Positions 1 to 9,225 of a stretch of DNA of 64,000 bases are shown here, piece by piece. The translations under genes were made by a program, and so were the position numbers. The stretch's first letter is position 1. Each line of letters starts with the position of its first letter. The stretch lies in NCBI GenBank assembly GCA_963813025.1, contig CAWEXO010000011.1:288001-352000 (forward strand), read 5' to 3'. The notes under the pieces were generated by a model. The model saw only the letters and a program-made list of their open reading frames with translations, made no database searches and was not told where the DNA came from. Source of the DNA: an uncultured Verrucomicrobiae bacterium (GTDB taxonomy: Bacteria; Verrucomicrobiota; Verrucomicrobiia; Chthoniobacterales; JAFAMB01).

Positions 1-2
1 GG

Positions 3-296
3 GCTCTCTTATCCGTGGTTTCGAATATAGCAGAGGGGTATGAACGAGACGGACGGCAAGAATTCGTCCAATTTCTTAGCATTGCGAAGGGATCAATCGG
101 CGAAGTGCGAGCACAGCTGATCTATTGTTCCGACTAAGGAATGTTCGCCGAAGTCGTTCTAGCGGATTTGAATGATCTGGGGCTTCGTACGAGTGCAATA
201 ATCGGTGGTCTGATCCGGCATCTTCATTCCAGTTCGTATGCCGGAACCAAATACAAAAACCAGAAGCACTCCAAGAGTCCGCGATATCAAACGTGA
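3..296 (+). pseudogene. Four-helix-bundle protein (23S rRNA IVP-like family), 5'-truncated by the window edge, internal stop
   Basis: Manual translation of frame 3: [49 protein letters not shown]...RYQT*. SNIAEG and [12 protein letters not shown] are family motifs. In-frame TAA at 135-137, final TGA at 294-296. Confidence 0.85.
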
Positions 297-309
297 AACG
301 CGAAACGTT
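289..309 (+). repeat. Heptamer tandem repeat (AAACGyG-like) x3
   Basis: aaacgtg aaacgcg aaacgtt overlapping the stop codon of the four-helix-bundle gene. Confidence 0.6.
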
Positions 310-2804
310 TACAGCCCCGTCGGATCGCTGCTTAAATCGATCGGTTCCGGCGGCGGCAAATCCACCTTCGCCGAACTCGATGGGTGATCGAGAGGGCCAA
401 TCGGCTCTGCCCGGCGTACCGTCGGCTCCGGGGTAGTTACCGGAAGAGCGCGCGGGGCTGGGGTCCAGCCGGCTTTCGCTTGCGCCAGCTGTGTTTCCTC
501 CATCCGTGGCCTGACGGTCTGATACGGATCATTACCAAGAAGGGTCGGCTCGCGCATCTGAACCGGAACTGCTCGGGCTGGATCTATCGCGGATGTCGCG
601 CGCGGCACGTCTTGCGTCGGCGTCTTCAGGCGCCGTACAAAAGATCGCCGGTCGTCTCCGTGCAACCAACATTGCTCTTTCGGCAGCTGCTTGGCCGAGC
701 AAAACTCGACAAACGTTCCCTTGCGCGGAGGAAAATTCGGGTCGTCCGAAACGTCCGCCGTTAGAGAGCATTTTGGAGAGGCGGGCAGCCCCGTTGAGAG
801 ACAGACTTCCACTCGCTGCAGATCGATCGGACGGGCTAATGGACGCGGCCGCTCAGGGCCAACCGAAGCGTCCATCAGATCGCACCAGATCGGCAAGGCC
901 AGCTCGTTCCCAAAGGCGCCGCGATAAATTGTCTGCGGTTTGTCGAATCCAACCCACACTCCGCAAGTGATCGCGCTGTCATAGCCGAAGAACCATGCAT
1001 CGGTGAAGTTGTATGCTGTTCCCGTTTTTCCGGCGGCCGGGAAATCTTTCAGCCCGTATTCGCGACGCGCTTTTGCGCCCGTCCCGACATTCAGCGCATC
1101 GCTCAAGAACGAATGCACCTCATAGGCGGCTTGCGGATCCATCACTGCCACTCGCTTGGGCTGGGCCCGGTACACCTCTTTCCCGTCGGAGTTTTCAATT
1201 CGTGTAACAATCGTCCAATGCTCAGGCCGGGAGCCCTCCCCTGGAAACATCAGGTAAGCCATCAACATGTCGTTCAGCGTTACCTCGCTGCTCCCTAGCA
1301 AAGTCGAGGGGTAGGATCGCAGGTCCTCCTGGATTCCAGCTCGCTTGGCCAGCTTGAACACGGAGTCCAACCCGGCAGCAAAGCCTACGCGGACCGACGC
1401 GGCGTTTTTTGAGTCGACCAGAATCTTGCGCATCGGGATGGCACCTTCATAGCGATTCTCCGCGCTTTCCACACCCCACTCACCTAAGATCCCGGTCGTA
1501 CCGCCGATCATCACTTGTCGATTGTCAATCGGTGAGTCGTCAAAGAGCGTTCCCGGAAAAACTCCTTTGTCCAAAGCCGCGGCAAACACCAGCGGAGTAA
1601 ACGCGGTGCCGGCTGGCCGCTTTGACTGGAGAGCGCGGTTGTAAACGCTTTGGCTGTAATCCCGCCCTCCGACCATCGCTAGAATCCCGCCCGTTTGATT
1701 GTCAACCGCCATTACCGCTCCCTGCAGATAGTCGGGAGTAGGAGCAGCGCTATTACCCGGTTGCCTCGACCGCAAATCCTTCAGCATCCGCGTATAATCG
1801 GCGTAGGTTTGGTGATGATAATCGCTGCGCGATTCCACCTCGTTCAGCACTCGCTGCACCGAGGCTTCCGCCGCTTTTTGCAGGTCCGAATCGAGGGTTG
1901 TATGAATTTTGTATCCCTCGGACTCCAGGGCTTCAAAGCCCAGGTCGCCTTCAGCCTGCTGGCGAATGTAGTCGACAGCATACGATTGCTGAGCCGGATT
2001 TGCTTTCGGCAAGACCTGGAGCGGTTCGCTTTGAGCCGCTTTGGCTTGCTCGCTGGAAATCTTGTTGTTCTCGACCATGCGACTGAGGACGAAATCGCGG
2101 CTGACGGTCGCCGCTTCGAGGCTGTGCCACGGCGACAGATTGTTCGGGCTCTTTAGGAGGCCAGCGAGCATAGCTGCCTCGCCGATTGTCAGATCTTTAG
2201 CGGATTTTCCGAAATAACCGCGCGCCGCCGCCTCCGCACCGTACAGCCCGCCACCAAAATAGACCCGATTCAGGTACAGCTCCATAATCCGATCCTTCGG
2301 TAGCGTCTTCTCGATTCGCATCGCCAAAAATGCCTCAAGGATTTTGCGATCGTAGGTACGGTCCTTCAGATCAAACGTATTGCGGGCCAGTTGCTGCGTC
2401 AGCGTGCTGGCGCCTTGCCGAATCCGACCAGCCTCGGTGTTTTTCAATGCCGCCCGGAACATTCCGAAAAAATCGATGCCGCCGTGTTCATAAAAGCGAT
2501 TGTCCTCCGCCGAAACGACCGCATCGATCAGGTTACGGGAAATCTGGTCCAGACTCACCTGTTGCCGATTCTGGACGAAAATCCGTCCGAACACTTTTCC
2601 GTGCCGATCGTAAACAACACTCGCCGACTCGAGATCGCCGACCTTGGAAAGATCGAACTCTTCAGCTTTCCGCTCGTATCGGAGGAAATAATTGAAATAG
2701 ACCCAAGCGGCGCCGGAACCGCCGGCTATGACCAGAAAAGCCAAACCCAGAAACCATGGTCGCAGATAGATTAGCCGATGTCCTTTCGGTTTACGCATAA
2801 ACAT
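309..2804 (-). CDS. Class A penicillin-binding protein (PBP1A; transglycosylase/transpeptidase)
   Basis: N-terminal TM helix; EDNRFYEHGG, GASTLTQQL, YLN motifs; KTGT; Pro-rich tail. Confidence 0.93.
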   Translation of the reverse strand: MFMRKPKGHRLIYLRPWFLGLAFLVIAGGSGAAWVYFNYFLRYERKAEEFDLSKVGDLESASVVYDRHGKVFGRIFVQNRQQVSLDQISRNLIDAVVSAEDNRFYEHGGIDFFGMFRAALKNTEAGRIRQGASTLTQQLARNTFDLKDRTYDRKILEAFLAMRIEKTLPKDRIMELYLNRVYFGGGLYGAEAAARGYFGKSAKDLTIGEAAMLAGLLKSPNNLSPWHSLEAATVSRDFVLSRMVENNKISSEQAKAAQSEPLQVLPKANPAQQSYAVDYIRQQAEGDLGFEALESEGYKIHTTLDSDLQKAAEASVQRVLNEVESRSDYHHQTYADYTRMLKDLRSRQPGNSAAPTPDYLQGAVMAVDNQTGGILAMVGGRDYSQSVYNRALQSKRPAGTAFTPLVFAAALDKGVFPGTLFDDSPIDNRQVMIGGTTGILGEWGVESAENRYEGAIPMRKILVDSKNAASVRVGFAAGLDSVFKLAKRAGIQEDLRSYPSTLLGSSEVTLNDMLMAYLMFPGEGSRPEHWTIVTRIENSDGKEVYRAQPKRVAVMDPQAAYEVHSFLSDALNVGTGAKARREYGLKDFPAAGKTGTAYNFTDAWFFGYDSAITCGVWVGFDKPQTIYRGAFGNELALPIWCDLMDASVGPERPRPLARPIDLQRVEVCLSTGLPASPKCSLTADVSDDPNFPPRKGTFVEFCSAKQLPKEQCWLHGDDRRSFVRRLKTPTQDVPRATSAIDPARAVPVQMREPTLLGNDPYQTVRPRMEETQLAQAKAGWTPAPRALPVTTPEPTVRRAEPIGPLDHPSSSAKVDLPPPEPIDLSSDPTGL

Positions 2805-3030
2805 CCAACAGGGTACCAGCTTTCACTAGGGAGCAGCCGGATCAACTTAAAAGTTCAACGGACCTCAATCGACGCGACGATGGAGAGCCGGTGCCAGTTG
2901 GCGGTCGCAACCCACAGGACCTGTACGACTCGCAGGAGCTATGGGACTCCGGGACAGGCAGTGACATTGGCCGGAATCCTTCTGGCAAATCTGGCTGTTG
3001 AACATTAAAGCCGCGCGTTGAAGTTTCGTT

Positions 3031-4171
3031 GTGCCTGCCGACTCGCGCTTCCTGGAATTCCTTCGCAGTGAGATCCTGGCCAATGGGCCAGTCCCATTTC
3101 CTTGGTTTATGGAGCAGGCGCTTTATCACCCGGAGTTTGGCTATTACCGAAAAGACCGTGTCCGGGTGGGCATCGGTGGCGACTACTACACCAGCGTCAG
3201 TGTTGGAGCGGCTTACGGCCTGATCCTGGCCGAACAGATCCGGGAGATGCATGAAGCACTCGGCCGACCCGAAAAGTTCACGATCGTTGAAGCAGGCGCC
3301 GAAGATGGCCAACTCGCGGCCGACATCCTTTCGTCTCTGGGCAGGATCGCACCGGATCAGAAAACATCCGGCTACGAATATGTCATCGTTGAGCCTTTCC
3401 CGGAAAAACAGCGTCAGCAGAAGCAATTTTTGGGGAATTTTACCAGGCAAATGCGCTGGGTCGAGACCATGGAATCCATCGGGCCACAGACAGGAGTAGT
3501 GCTCGCAAGCGAACTGCTGGATGCCTTTCCCGTGCACCTCGTCGAGCATTTCGGAAAGGAGTGGCGTGAACTGCGCGTCAATTGGTCAGACAATCGGCTA
3601 GGTTTGGAGCCATGGCCGGTGGAGGAGCCCGCCTTGGCTGAACACCTGGAGAAGCTGCCGATCCCGACGGCTATTCCCTACCGAACGGAGGTCAATCTTC
3701 GCGCGGCCGACTGGATGCAGGAGACTGGGCGAGCTGTGGAGCGCGGCTTTGTACTCGTAATCGACTACGGCTACTGCCGGGAAGAGTATTACAGTCCGCA
3801 AAGGACGGCTGGAACGCTCACCTGTTATCGGGGACACCACAAGACCTACGACCCTCTCGAAGCACCCGGTCAGATGGACATGACCGCGCACGTGGACTTC
3901 ACCACCGTGGTCGAAGCCGCGACCGCCGAGGTGCTGGGTGTCGTCGGCTTTGCCGACCAGCACCACTTCATGGTCGGGGCCGGTGAAGCCCGCTTGCGGA
4001 CCCTGGAAAAGCCGAATGGGCCCGAGTCCGGCAGAGACCAAGTTTCTGCGCGCCTACAAGACTCTGATGCTACCGGGCACGATGGGAATGACTTTCAAGT
4101 TTCTCCTTTTGAGCAAAGGGACGGCCGCTCCCGAGATAAGCGGGTTCCGCTACGCTGACGAGTCGCTCTAG
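3031..4171 (+). CDS. SAM-dependent methyltransferase, MidA/NDUFAF7 family (frameshift near 4020-4035)
   Basis: FMEQALY..GYY, GDYYTS, EAGAEDG, DYG and DMTAHVDF motifs. The natural C-terminus (FLRAYKTLMLPGTMGMTFKFL) lies in a second frame ending at 4171. Confidence 0.88.
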
Positions 4172-4433
4172 GATCTCCCGGACTCGGGCAAAACATGGTA
4201 AAGCTCCATTTCTGGCGGGAACACCGTCACTGGCAACTCTGCAACCCTCACTTCCGGAATCGGGGATTTCTCGTACAGGGAGCCAGGGTCGTACTTTCAG
4301 TCGGGTGACACGAGCCTATTCGACGGAATACTGGGGTTCGGATGAAGGTTCTGAGCGTCCGCTGACATATACTTCCAGTAAAATGGGCTTTTGCCAGCAT
4401 CTGGATGTCTCGTAATGTTCTGAGTTTCCCGAG

Positions 4434-4515
4434 GCCGGGGTGGCGAAATTGGCAGACGCGCCAGACTTAGGATCTGGTGGAGAAATCCTTAGGGGTTCGA
4501 ATCCCCTCCCCGGTA
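4434..4515 (+). tRNA. tRNA-Leu(TAG)
   Basis: GCCGGGG/CCCCGGT acceptor stem, anticodon arm CCAGA-CTTAGGA-TCTGG, long variable arm, GGTTCGAATCC T-loop; CCA not encoded. Confidence 0.96.
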
Positions 4516-4891
4516 TGAGTCCGCTCTGGCAAAACAGTCGAGACAAAAGCGTGCGCAACAGCCTGCCCGCGCTACCTTCCGCTCCCTTAGAACACCTTCC
4601 CGTATGGTTCCCTGGGTTTGTTTGTTTTAACCTCGACAAGTTGCGTTTTGCTTCCCTGGCAACGCCCCTCCAAAGGCATGCCGCGACCGGCCTTTCCCAG
4701 AAATATTGCCGCTGGGCAGGTTTTTTCTGAAACTTTGCTAATGAGTTCCGTCAAAGAGAACGAATCAGAATGAAAGCAATCCGGTCCTCTTCTATTCTTA
4801 AGTATCGGGGGGTTTTTGGATTTATTAAGAACGCGGGTTCAAAATCGCGCCTTTAGCAGATCCTTGTAGAACGTTGTGACGAACTACACCT

Positions 4892-5101
4892 GTGGAAGGA
4901 GAGCAGTGGGACAAAGTTCGCCAGTGGTTCGTCCTTGCCGAAGGGTTAGGAGAACCACTGAGTAGCTTTGAGCGTCGCAAGATGCTGATGCTGCTGATGG
5001 AGAAAGGATTCGGGTCCAGAGAGAAAATCAGGTCTGTTTTTCATTGGTCGGACATCGAACTCGAACGCGTTTCTCACCAAGTGGGCGTTCGGATCGATTG
5101 A
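4892..5101 (+). CDS. Small hypothetical protein
   Basis: 69-aa ORF with protein-like composition; no recognised motif. Confidence 0.4.
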   Translation: MEGEQWDKVRQWFVLAEGLGEPLSSFERRKMLMLLMEKGFGSREKIRSVFHWSDIELERVSHQVGVRID

Positions 5102-5255
5102 GTTTTAGCTCGCTTCAGCATTATTCGCGGCCGTGACTTGTCGTCCATGGCCCTCAATGCCTTCATCATCGAACCTGGCGCGGACAGGCAGGCTGTGATC
5201 TGGCTTAAATCAACCCCCTTGAAGACGTTCTGAACTTTATTGTAAAAAACCTGAT

Positions 5256-5477
5256 ATGAAAAAAACATTGATCGCTGCTGTCGTGTTTGGATCGGTGCTA
5301 GGGAATTGCCTGACCGCGTTTGCTGATGAGGACCGACGTGATCATGATTGGAATGACGAGTACTGGCATCACAATCATTACGGATACTGGCATGGTGACC
5401 GAGGCTATTGGCGCAATCATCATCATCACCATGAATTCATCAAGGTTGGCCCGGTCACGATAGAAAAGGGCCACTAA
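5256..5477 (+). CDS. Small secreted His/Trp/Tyr-rich protein
   Basis: Signal peptide MKKTLIAAVV...AFA followed by DWNDEYWHHNHYGYWHGDRGYWRNHHHHH. Confidence 0.75.
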   Translation: MKKTLIAAVVFGSVLGNCLTAFADEDRRDHDWNDEYWHHNHYGYWHGDRGYWRNHHHHHEFIKVGPVTIEKGH

Positions 5478-5521
5478 GCACCCAGGGTTCAGAAGCGTTT
5501 ACAGAAGTACATGGCGCAGTG

Positions 5522-5549
5522 CTCGAAGGCGGTACTTTCCGCCTTCGAG
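5522..5549. other. Perfect 11-bp hairpin, possible terminator or stabiliser
   Basis: CTCGAAGGCGG-tacttt-CCGCCTTCGAG; no clear U-tract. Confidence 0.45.
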
Positions 5550-5804
5550 AGCTTCGGCGTGCACCGAGAGCAGATTCCCGACCGACGAAGCAAATTCCAA
5601 TATTTCACTCGGTCCATGCGCACCGTGCCCTCCGCTCACCTTGCCTGAATGATAACGCCCCACTTGGAACTTCGTGAGGATGACCGCATTTTCTGACCGA
5701 CGCACCAGCCGGACGTGATGATAAATCCTTTCCAGGCTTGCTCAATCGCCCTCGCCTTGACACCTGAAGCGTGAAACGCGACACGGGAAGCGATCAGAAC
5801 TCCA

Positions 5805-6472
5805 GTGCAAGTCAACGACCTTCTCACTTACGCTTTCGGTGCATTGGCCAGTTTGCTCGCGATTGTCAATCCTCCGATCGGATCCCACTTTTCCTGGCGC
5901 TCTCAGCGAGACTGACGCCCCAGGAGCGATCAAAACAAGCGCTGCGGGTGGCGCTCAATGTCGCGCTTATTCTGTGGTGCGTTCTGGCGTTTGGGAGTCT
6001 GATCCTCCAAGTCTTTGGCATATCGCTCGGCACAGTGCGAGTCGCCGGCGGCCTGATCATCGCCTTTCTCGGTTTCCGGATGTTGTTTCCCGCCAGGGCT
6101 CACGATCACGACCCGAAAGACCGGAATCTGGAACCGGCTGACGATCCGGGAGACTATAGTTTCGTTCCTCTCGCGTTACCGACGCTTGCCGGGCCCGGTT
6201 CGATGGCCGTCGTGATTGGGCTATCCACCGTGATTCAGCAGGACCACTCTTTGTCTGAACAGATCGCCAAATATCTCCTGACCGTCTTGATCATTCTCAT
6301 CGTGGCCATCGTCGTCTGGGTGGTCCTGCAAAGCAGCGGATTGATCGCCCGCCGACTGGGCGAGCACGGTTTGATCGCGCTCAGTCGGGTTCTGGGTTTT
6401 TTGATGGTTTGTATCGGTGTCCAGTTTCTTGCTTCCGGCATGCAGCAACTCATCCGAGCCGTGAACACCTGA
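5805..6472 (+). CDS. MarC family integral membrane protein (frameshift near 5880)
   Basis: GTG at 5805 gives MQVNDLLTYAFGALASLLAIVNPPIG, which joins IPLFLALS in the next frame; VPLALPTLAGPGS motif. Confidence 0.88.
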
Positions 6473-6493
6473 CAGTGTTCGCTCCGGGATTCG

Positions 6494-6727
6494 TTACAAT
6501 TTCGCTTTAACCTGTCGCGCGAGCGCGTCGAAGTCCGGCCATTCGCCGGTTTGAAGCTTGGAGTAAAGCAGCTCGTTATTGACGCGAATTTCGAAAGCGC
6601 CGCCGCTCGAAGGAATGAGTTTGACCGAGTCAATCCCGGTCGTCTCACGAATTTTCGCCGCCAAACTGGCAGCCCTCGGCTCGTAGTTTCAGACCTTGCA
6701 GTATTCTATCGTGACGTCTTTTTTCAT
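6494..6727 (-). CDS. SelW/SelT/SelH (Rdx family) selenoprotein with in-frame UGA = Sec
   Basis: MKKDVTIEYCKVUNYEPRAASLAAKIRETTGIDSVKLIPSSGGAFEIRVNNELLYSKLQTGEWPDFDALARQVKAKL*. CxxU motif and GGAFEI...L.YSK..G.WP Rdx signature; GGAG RBS; TGA at 6689-6691. Confidence 0.9.
6657..6673 (-). promoter_or_regulatory. Putative bacterial SECIS hairpin
   Basis: GCUGCCA-GUU-UGGCGGC; apical loop starts with G and lies 22 nt after the UGA. Confidence 0.65.
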
Positions 6728-6757
6728 GAAGCGCTCCCTTGACCAGAGCCGACTTGT

Positions 6758-7000
6758 TCAGCCGGTGTAACCTTCGACCGTTTTCTCATCGCGAACGCGC
6801 GCCTGGTCCGGATCCTGCCCGGCCGCTCGTCGCGCTTGCCGCTGCCGAAGCAGATCCCAACATTGATCCAACATGACCTGAATTTTTCGGAGCCGGTCGC
6901 GATCAGCATCAGTTCCGAGACCCTGCGACTCACGCGAGAAAAGTTCGTGTTCCTCGCGCGCGAGCTCGTTTATATGATTAACGACCTGCGGATCGTCCAT
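6758..7000 (-). CDS. DUF2630 family protein
   Basis: MDDPQVVNHINELAREEHEL...LDQCWDLLRQRQARR...ARVRDEKTVEGY. Confidence 0.85.
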   Translation of the reverse strand: MDDPQVVNHINELAREEHELFSRESQGLGTDADRDRLRKIQVMLDQCWDLLRQRQARRAAGQDPDQARVRDEKTVEGYTG

Positions 7001-7271
7001 GATGGTGTTCCTGATTTTCTGCTCCCGTATTATCCGCCCGGCTTTAGATCGTCGCCAGTCCAAATGCGCGTTGCTGAGGCAATGGCTGAAAAAAAACCTA
7101 AGCCAAGAAATGCCTAGCAAGAGATCGGATCGACCCTGAGAATATCTGGCAAAGCAGGAAACCGGATGACATCCGGGCGTTCAACCGAGCAAAGCCCGAT
7201 TTGTTCATTCGCAATCGAGAGCCGGCCGGGCGCTCGGATGAAAATTCCCGCGAGCTCGGAGCGAGGTAGCC

Positions 7272-7327
7272 GGACTCGGGACTCGTTACCCGGGACTCGT
7301 TACCCGCGACTCGGGACCCGGGACTTG
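7272..7327 (+). repeat. Heptamer tandem array (GGACTCG/TTACCCG variants) x8
   Basis: ggactcg ggactcg ttacccg ggactcg ttacccg cgactcg ggacccg ggacttg, just upstream of the aldo/keto reductase RBS. Confidence 0.85.
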
Positions 7328-7341
7328 GAAAGGAGAGTTGC

Positions 7342-8193
7342 TTGGAACGACGAAAGTTTGGTCCGACGGAGCGGAAAGTGTCCGTAATCGGACAAGGCAG
7401 CTGGTATCTTGAGACTAATGAGGGCGGTCCGGCAGGTGCGATTGCCGCTCTGCGCCGTGGCCTCGATCTTGGTCTGAACCATATCGACACGGCCGAGATG
7501 TATGGATCGGGCGCGGTTGAAGAGATCGTCGGTCAGGCGATCGCCGGCCAGCGAGACAAAGTCTTCCTGGTTTCAAAGGTGCTTCCCCAACATGCTTCGC
7601 GCGCGGGAACCATCAAGGCGTGCAACTATTCGCTGGCGCGCCTCCGGACGGATCACCTGGATTGCTACCTTCTGCACTGGCGCGGCTCGTACCCGCTGGA
7701 CGAAACCATTGCCGGATTCAGAGACTTGAAGAAGGAAGGGAAAATCCTGGCGTGGGGCGTAAGTAACTTCGATGTTTCCGATTTACAGGAAGCCCTGGAT
7801 CTTGCGGACGAAGGCGAGCTCGCCTGTAACCAGGTGCTCTATCATCTGGAAGAACGTGCCATCGAGCATGCGGTCCTGCCGCGGTGCGAGGAAAACGGTG
7901 TTGCTGTCGTCGCTTACAGTCCGTTCGGACACGGACACTTTCCCGGGCCGCGCTTAGCGGGCGGACGGTTGTTGGAGCAGATCGCGGCGCGCCATCGCGC
8001 CACTCCCCGACAAATAGCATTGAGCTTTCTCAACCGACGAACTTCGGTCTTTACCATCCCGAAGGCGGGCAACATTCGACATGTGGAAGACAACGGCGGG
8101 GCGGCGAAGATTCACCTGACGGATGATGAAATCGCGCAGATTGATCGTGCTTTTCCGCTCGGTCCACGGCCCAGGCACCTGCCCATGCTCTGA
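7342..8193 (+). CDS. Aldo/keto reductase
   Basis: IDTAEMYGSG, SKV, LLHW, GVSNF, AYSP and IPKA motifs. Confidence 0.93.
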   Translation: MERRKFGPTERKVSVIGQGSWYLETNEGGPAGAIAALRRGLDLGLNHIDTAEMYGSGAVEEIVGQAIAGQRDKVFLVSKVLPQHASRAGTIKACNYSLARLRTDHLDCYLLHWRGSYPLDETIAGFRDLKKEGKILAWGVSNFDVSDLQEALDLADEGELACNQVLYHLEERAIEHAVLPRCEENGVAVVAYSPFGHGHFPGPRLAGGRLLEQIAARHRATPRQIALSFLNRRTSVFTIPKAGNIRHVEDNGGAAKIHLTDDEIAQIDRAFPLGPRPRHLPML

Positions 8194-8197
8194 TTGG

Positions 8198-8233
8198 ATG
8201 GATCGCGACGTTTCTGCGGAAACCCTGCGGTGA
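8198..8233 (+). pseudogene. Probable C-terminal remnant of a VapB-type antitoxin
   Basis: MDRDVSAETLR* with its TGA overlapping the vapC GTG (GTGA coupling). Confidence 0.4.
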
Positions 8234-8745
8234 TCGCCCCAGATATCAACGTGCTCGTATACGCTGCATGGAACGAAGCAACGGATCATGCCGCCTACAG
8301 CGCTTGGCTCGAAACTGTCCGGCAACAGACGCGCCCATTAATCCTATTTGAACCGGTTCTCGCCGGATTTTTCCGAGTTCTCACTCACCGGCGCATTATT
8401 ACTCATCCTTTCACGTTCGCTGAGGTTGAAAAATGGGTGAATACCTTGCTGGAAACCGACACTGTTACCTTTGCTCGCGCCGGAGAACGGCACTGGCACA
8501 TTTTCTCAACGCTTTGCCGAACAACACGGGCGACCGGCAACTTTATCCCTGACGCATACCTCGCCGCATTAGCTATTGAGCGCGGATGCGAATGGATCAC
8601 TGCCGACCGCGGCTTCGCCCGCTTCCCTGCTCTAAAGTGGAGGCACCCGCTTACTCAAAAGCGTATCGCGCAAAGTCGATGGTCCCGTGCTCATCTCTTC
8701 CTAAATCTGTGTAAATCTGCGAAATCTGTGGTTATCCTCTACTGA
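8230..8745 (+). CDS. vapC: VapC family PIN-domain toxin
   Basis: MIAPDINVLVYA, GFFRVLTH, TGNFIPDAYLAALAIE, TADRGFARFP. Confidence 0.9.
   Translation: MIAPDINVLVYAAWNEATDHAAYSAWLETVRQQTRPLILFEPVLAGFFRVLTHRRIITHPFTFAEVEKWVNTLLETDTVTFARAGERHWHIFSTLCRTTRATGNFIPDAYLAALAIERGCEWITADRGFARFPALKWRHPLTQKRIAQSRWSRAHLFLNLCKSAKSVVILY
8703..8731 (+). repeat. 9-10-mer tandem repeat (AAATCTGyG) x3
   Basis: aaatctgtgt aaatctgcg aaatctgtgg within the vapC 3' extension. Confidence 0.65.
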
Positions 8746-8768
8746 CAGATCGGCGGAAGAAACAGAAT

Positions 8769-9092
8769 ATGCTTAAAGTCGCCCTACTCGTTCGTCTCGA
8801 AGCCAAGCACGGAAAAGAGGAGGAAGTTGCGGATTTCCTTCGTGCGGGCTTACCTCTCGTTCAACAGGAACCGGCCACCGTAGTCTGGTTCGGGATCCGC
8901 CTCGGACCCTCCACTTTTGGCATCTTCGACGCCTTTCCCGATGAAGCCGGCCGACAAGCTCATCTTTCGGGCAGGGTCGCCGCTGCGCTGATGGAGAAAG
9001 CGAGCGACCTCTTTTCCCAAGCGCCAGTCATCGAACGCGTCGATGTCCTAGCCGAGAAACTCCACGAGGCGCCGCCGAGTTTCAACGACTAA
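8769..9092 (+). CDS. Antibiotic biosynthesis monooxygenase (ABM) family protein
   Basis: ALLVRLEAK.GKE, EPAT..WF, FGIFDAF.DEAGRQAHL. Confidence 0.88.
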   Translation: MLKVALLVRLEAKHGKEEEVADFLRAGLPLVQQEPATVVWFGIRLGPSTFGIFDAFPDEAGRQAHLSGRVAAALMEKASDLFSQAPVIERVDVLAEKLHEAPPSFND

Positions 9093-9225
9093 GCTGGGTC
9101 TTTCACTGTTCAGGACCCCGGCTGGGTTTCCGCTGTGCCGAGAATCGGTTGAACGCGCGCACGGATCCGTCAGGACTTGGCGAAATTCAGCAAGATCGTT
9201 CGGCGACAGACCTTGGCCAGAAGTA

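Noticed and set aside
2850..3030. Degenerate TTCAAC/GTTGAA inverted arms between PBP1A and the methyltransferase
   Set aside because: Only one or two imperfect units per side; could be chance
4516..5500. Integrative element at tRNA-Leu
   Set aside because: No integrase and no duplicated tRNA 3' end was seen in the window
5499..5800. Riboswitch upstream of marC, or a minus-strand ORF
   Set aside because: No riboswitch consensus recognised and the ORF has no motif or clear RBS; an Rfam search would be needed
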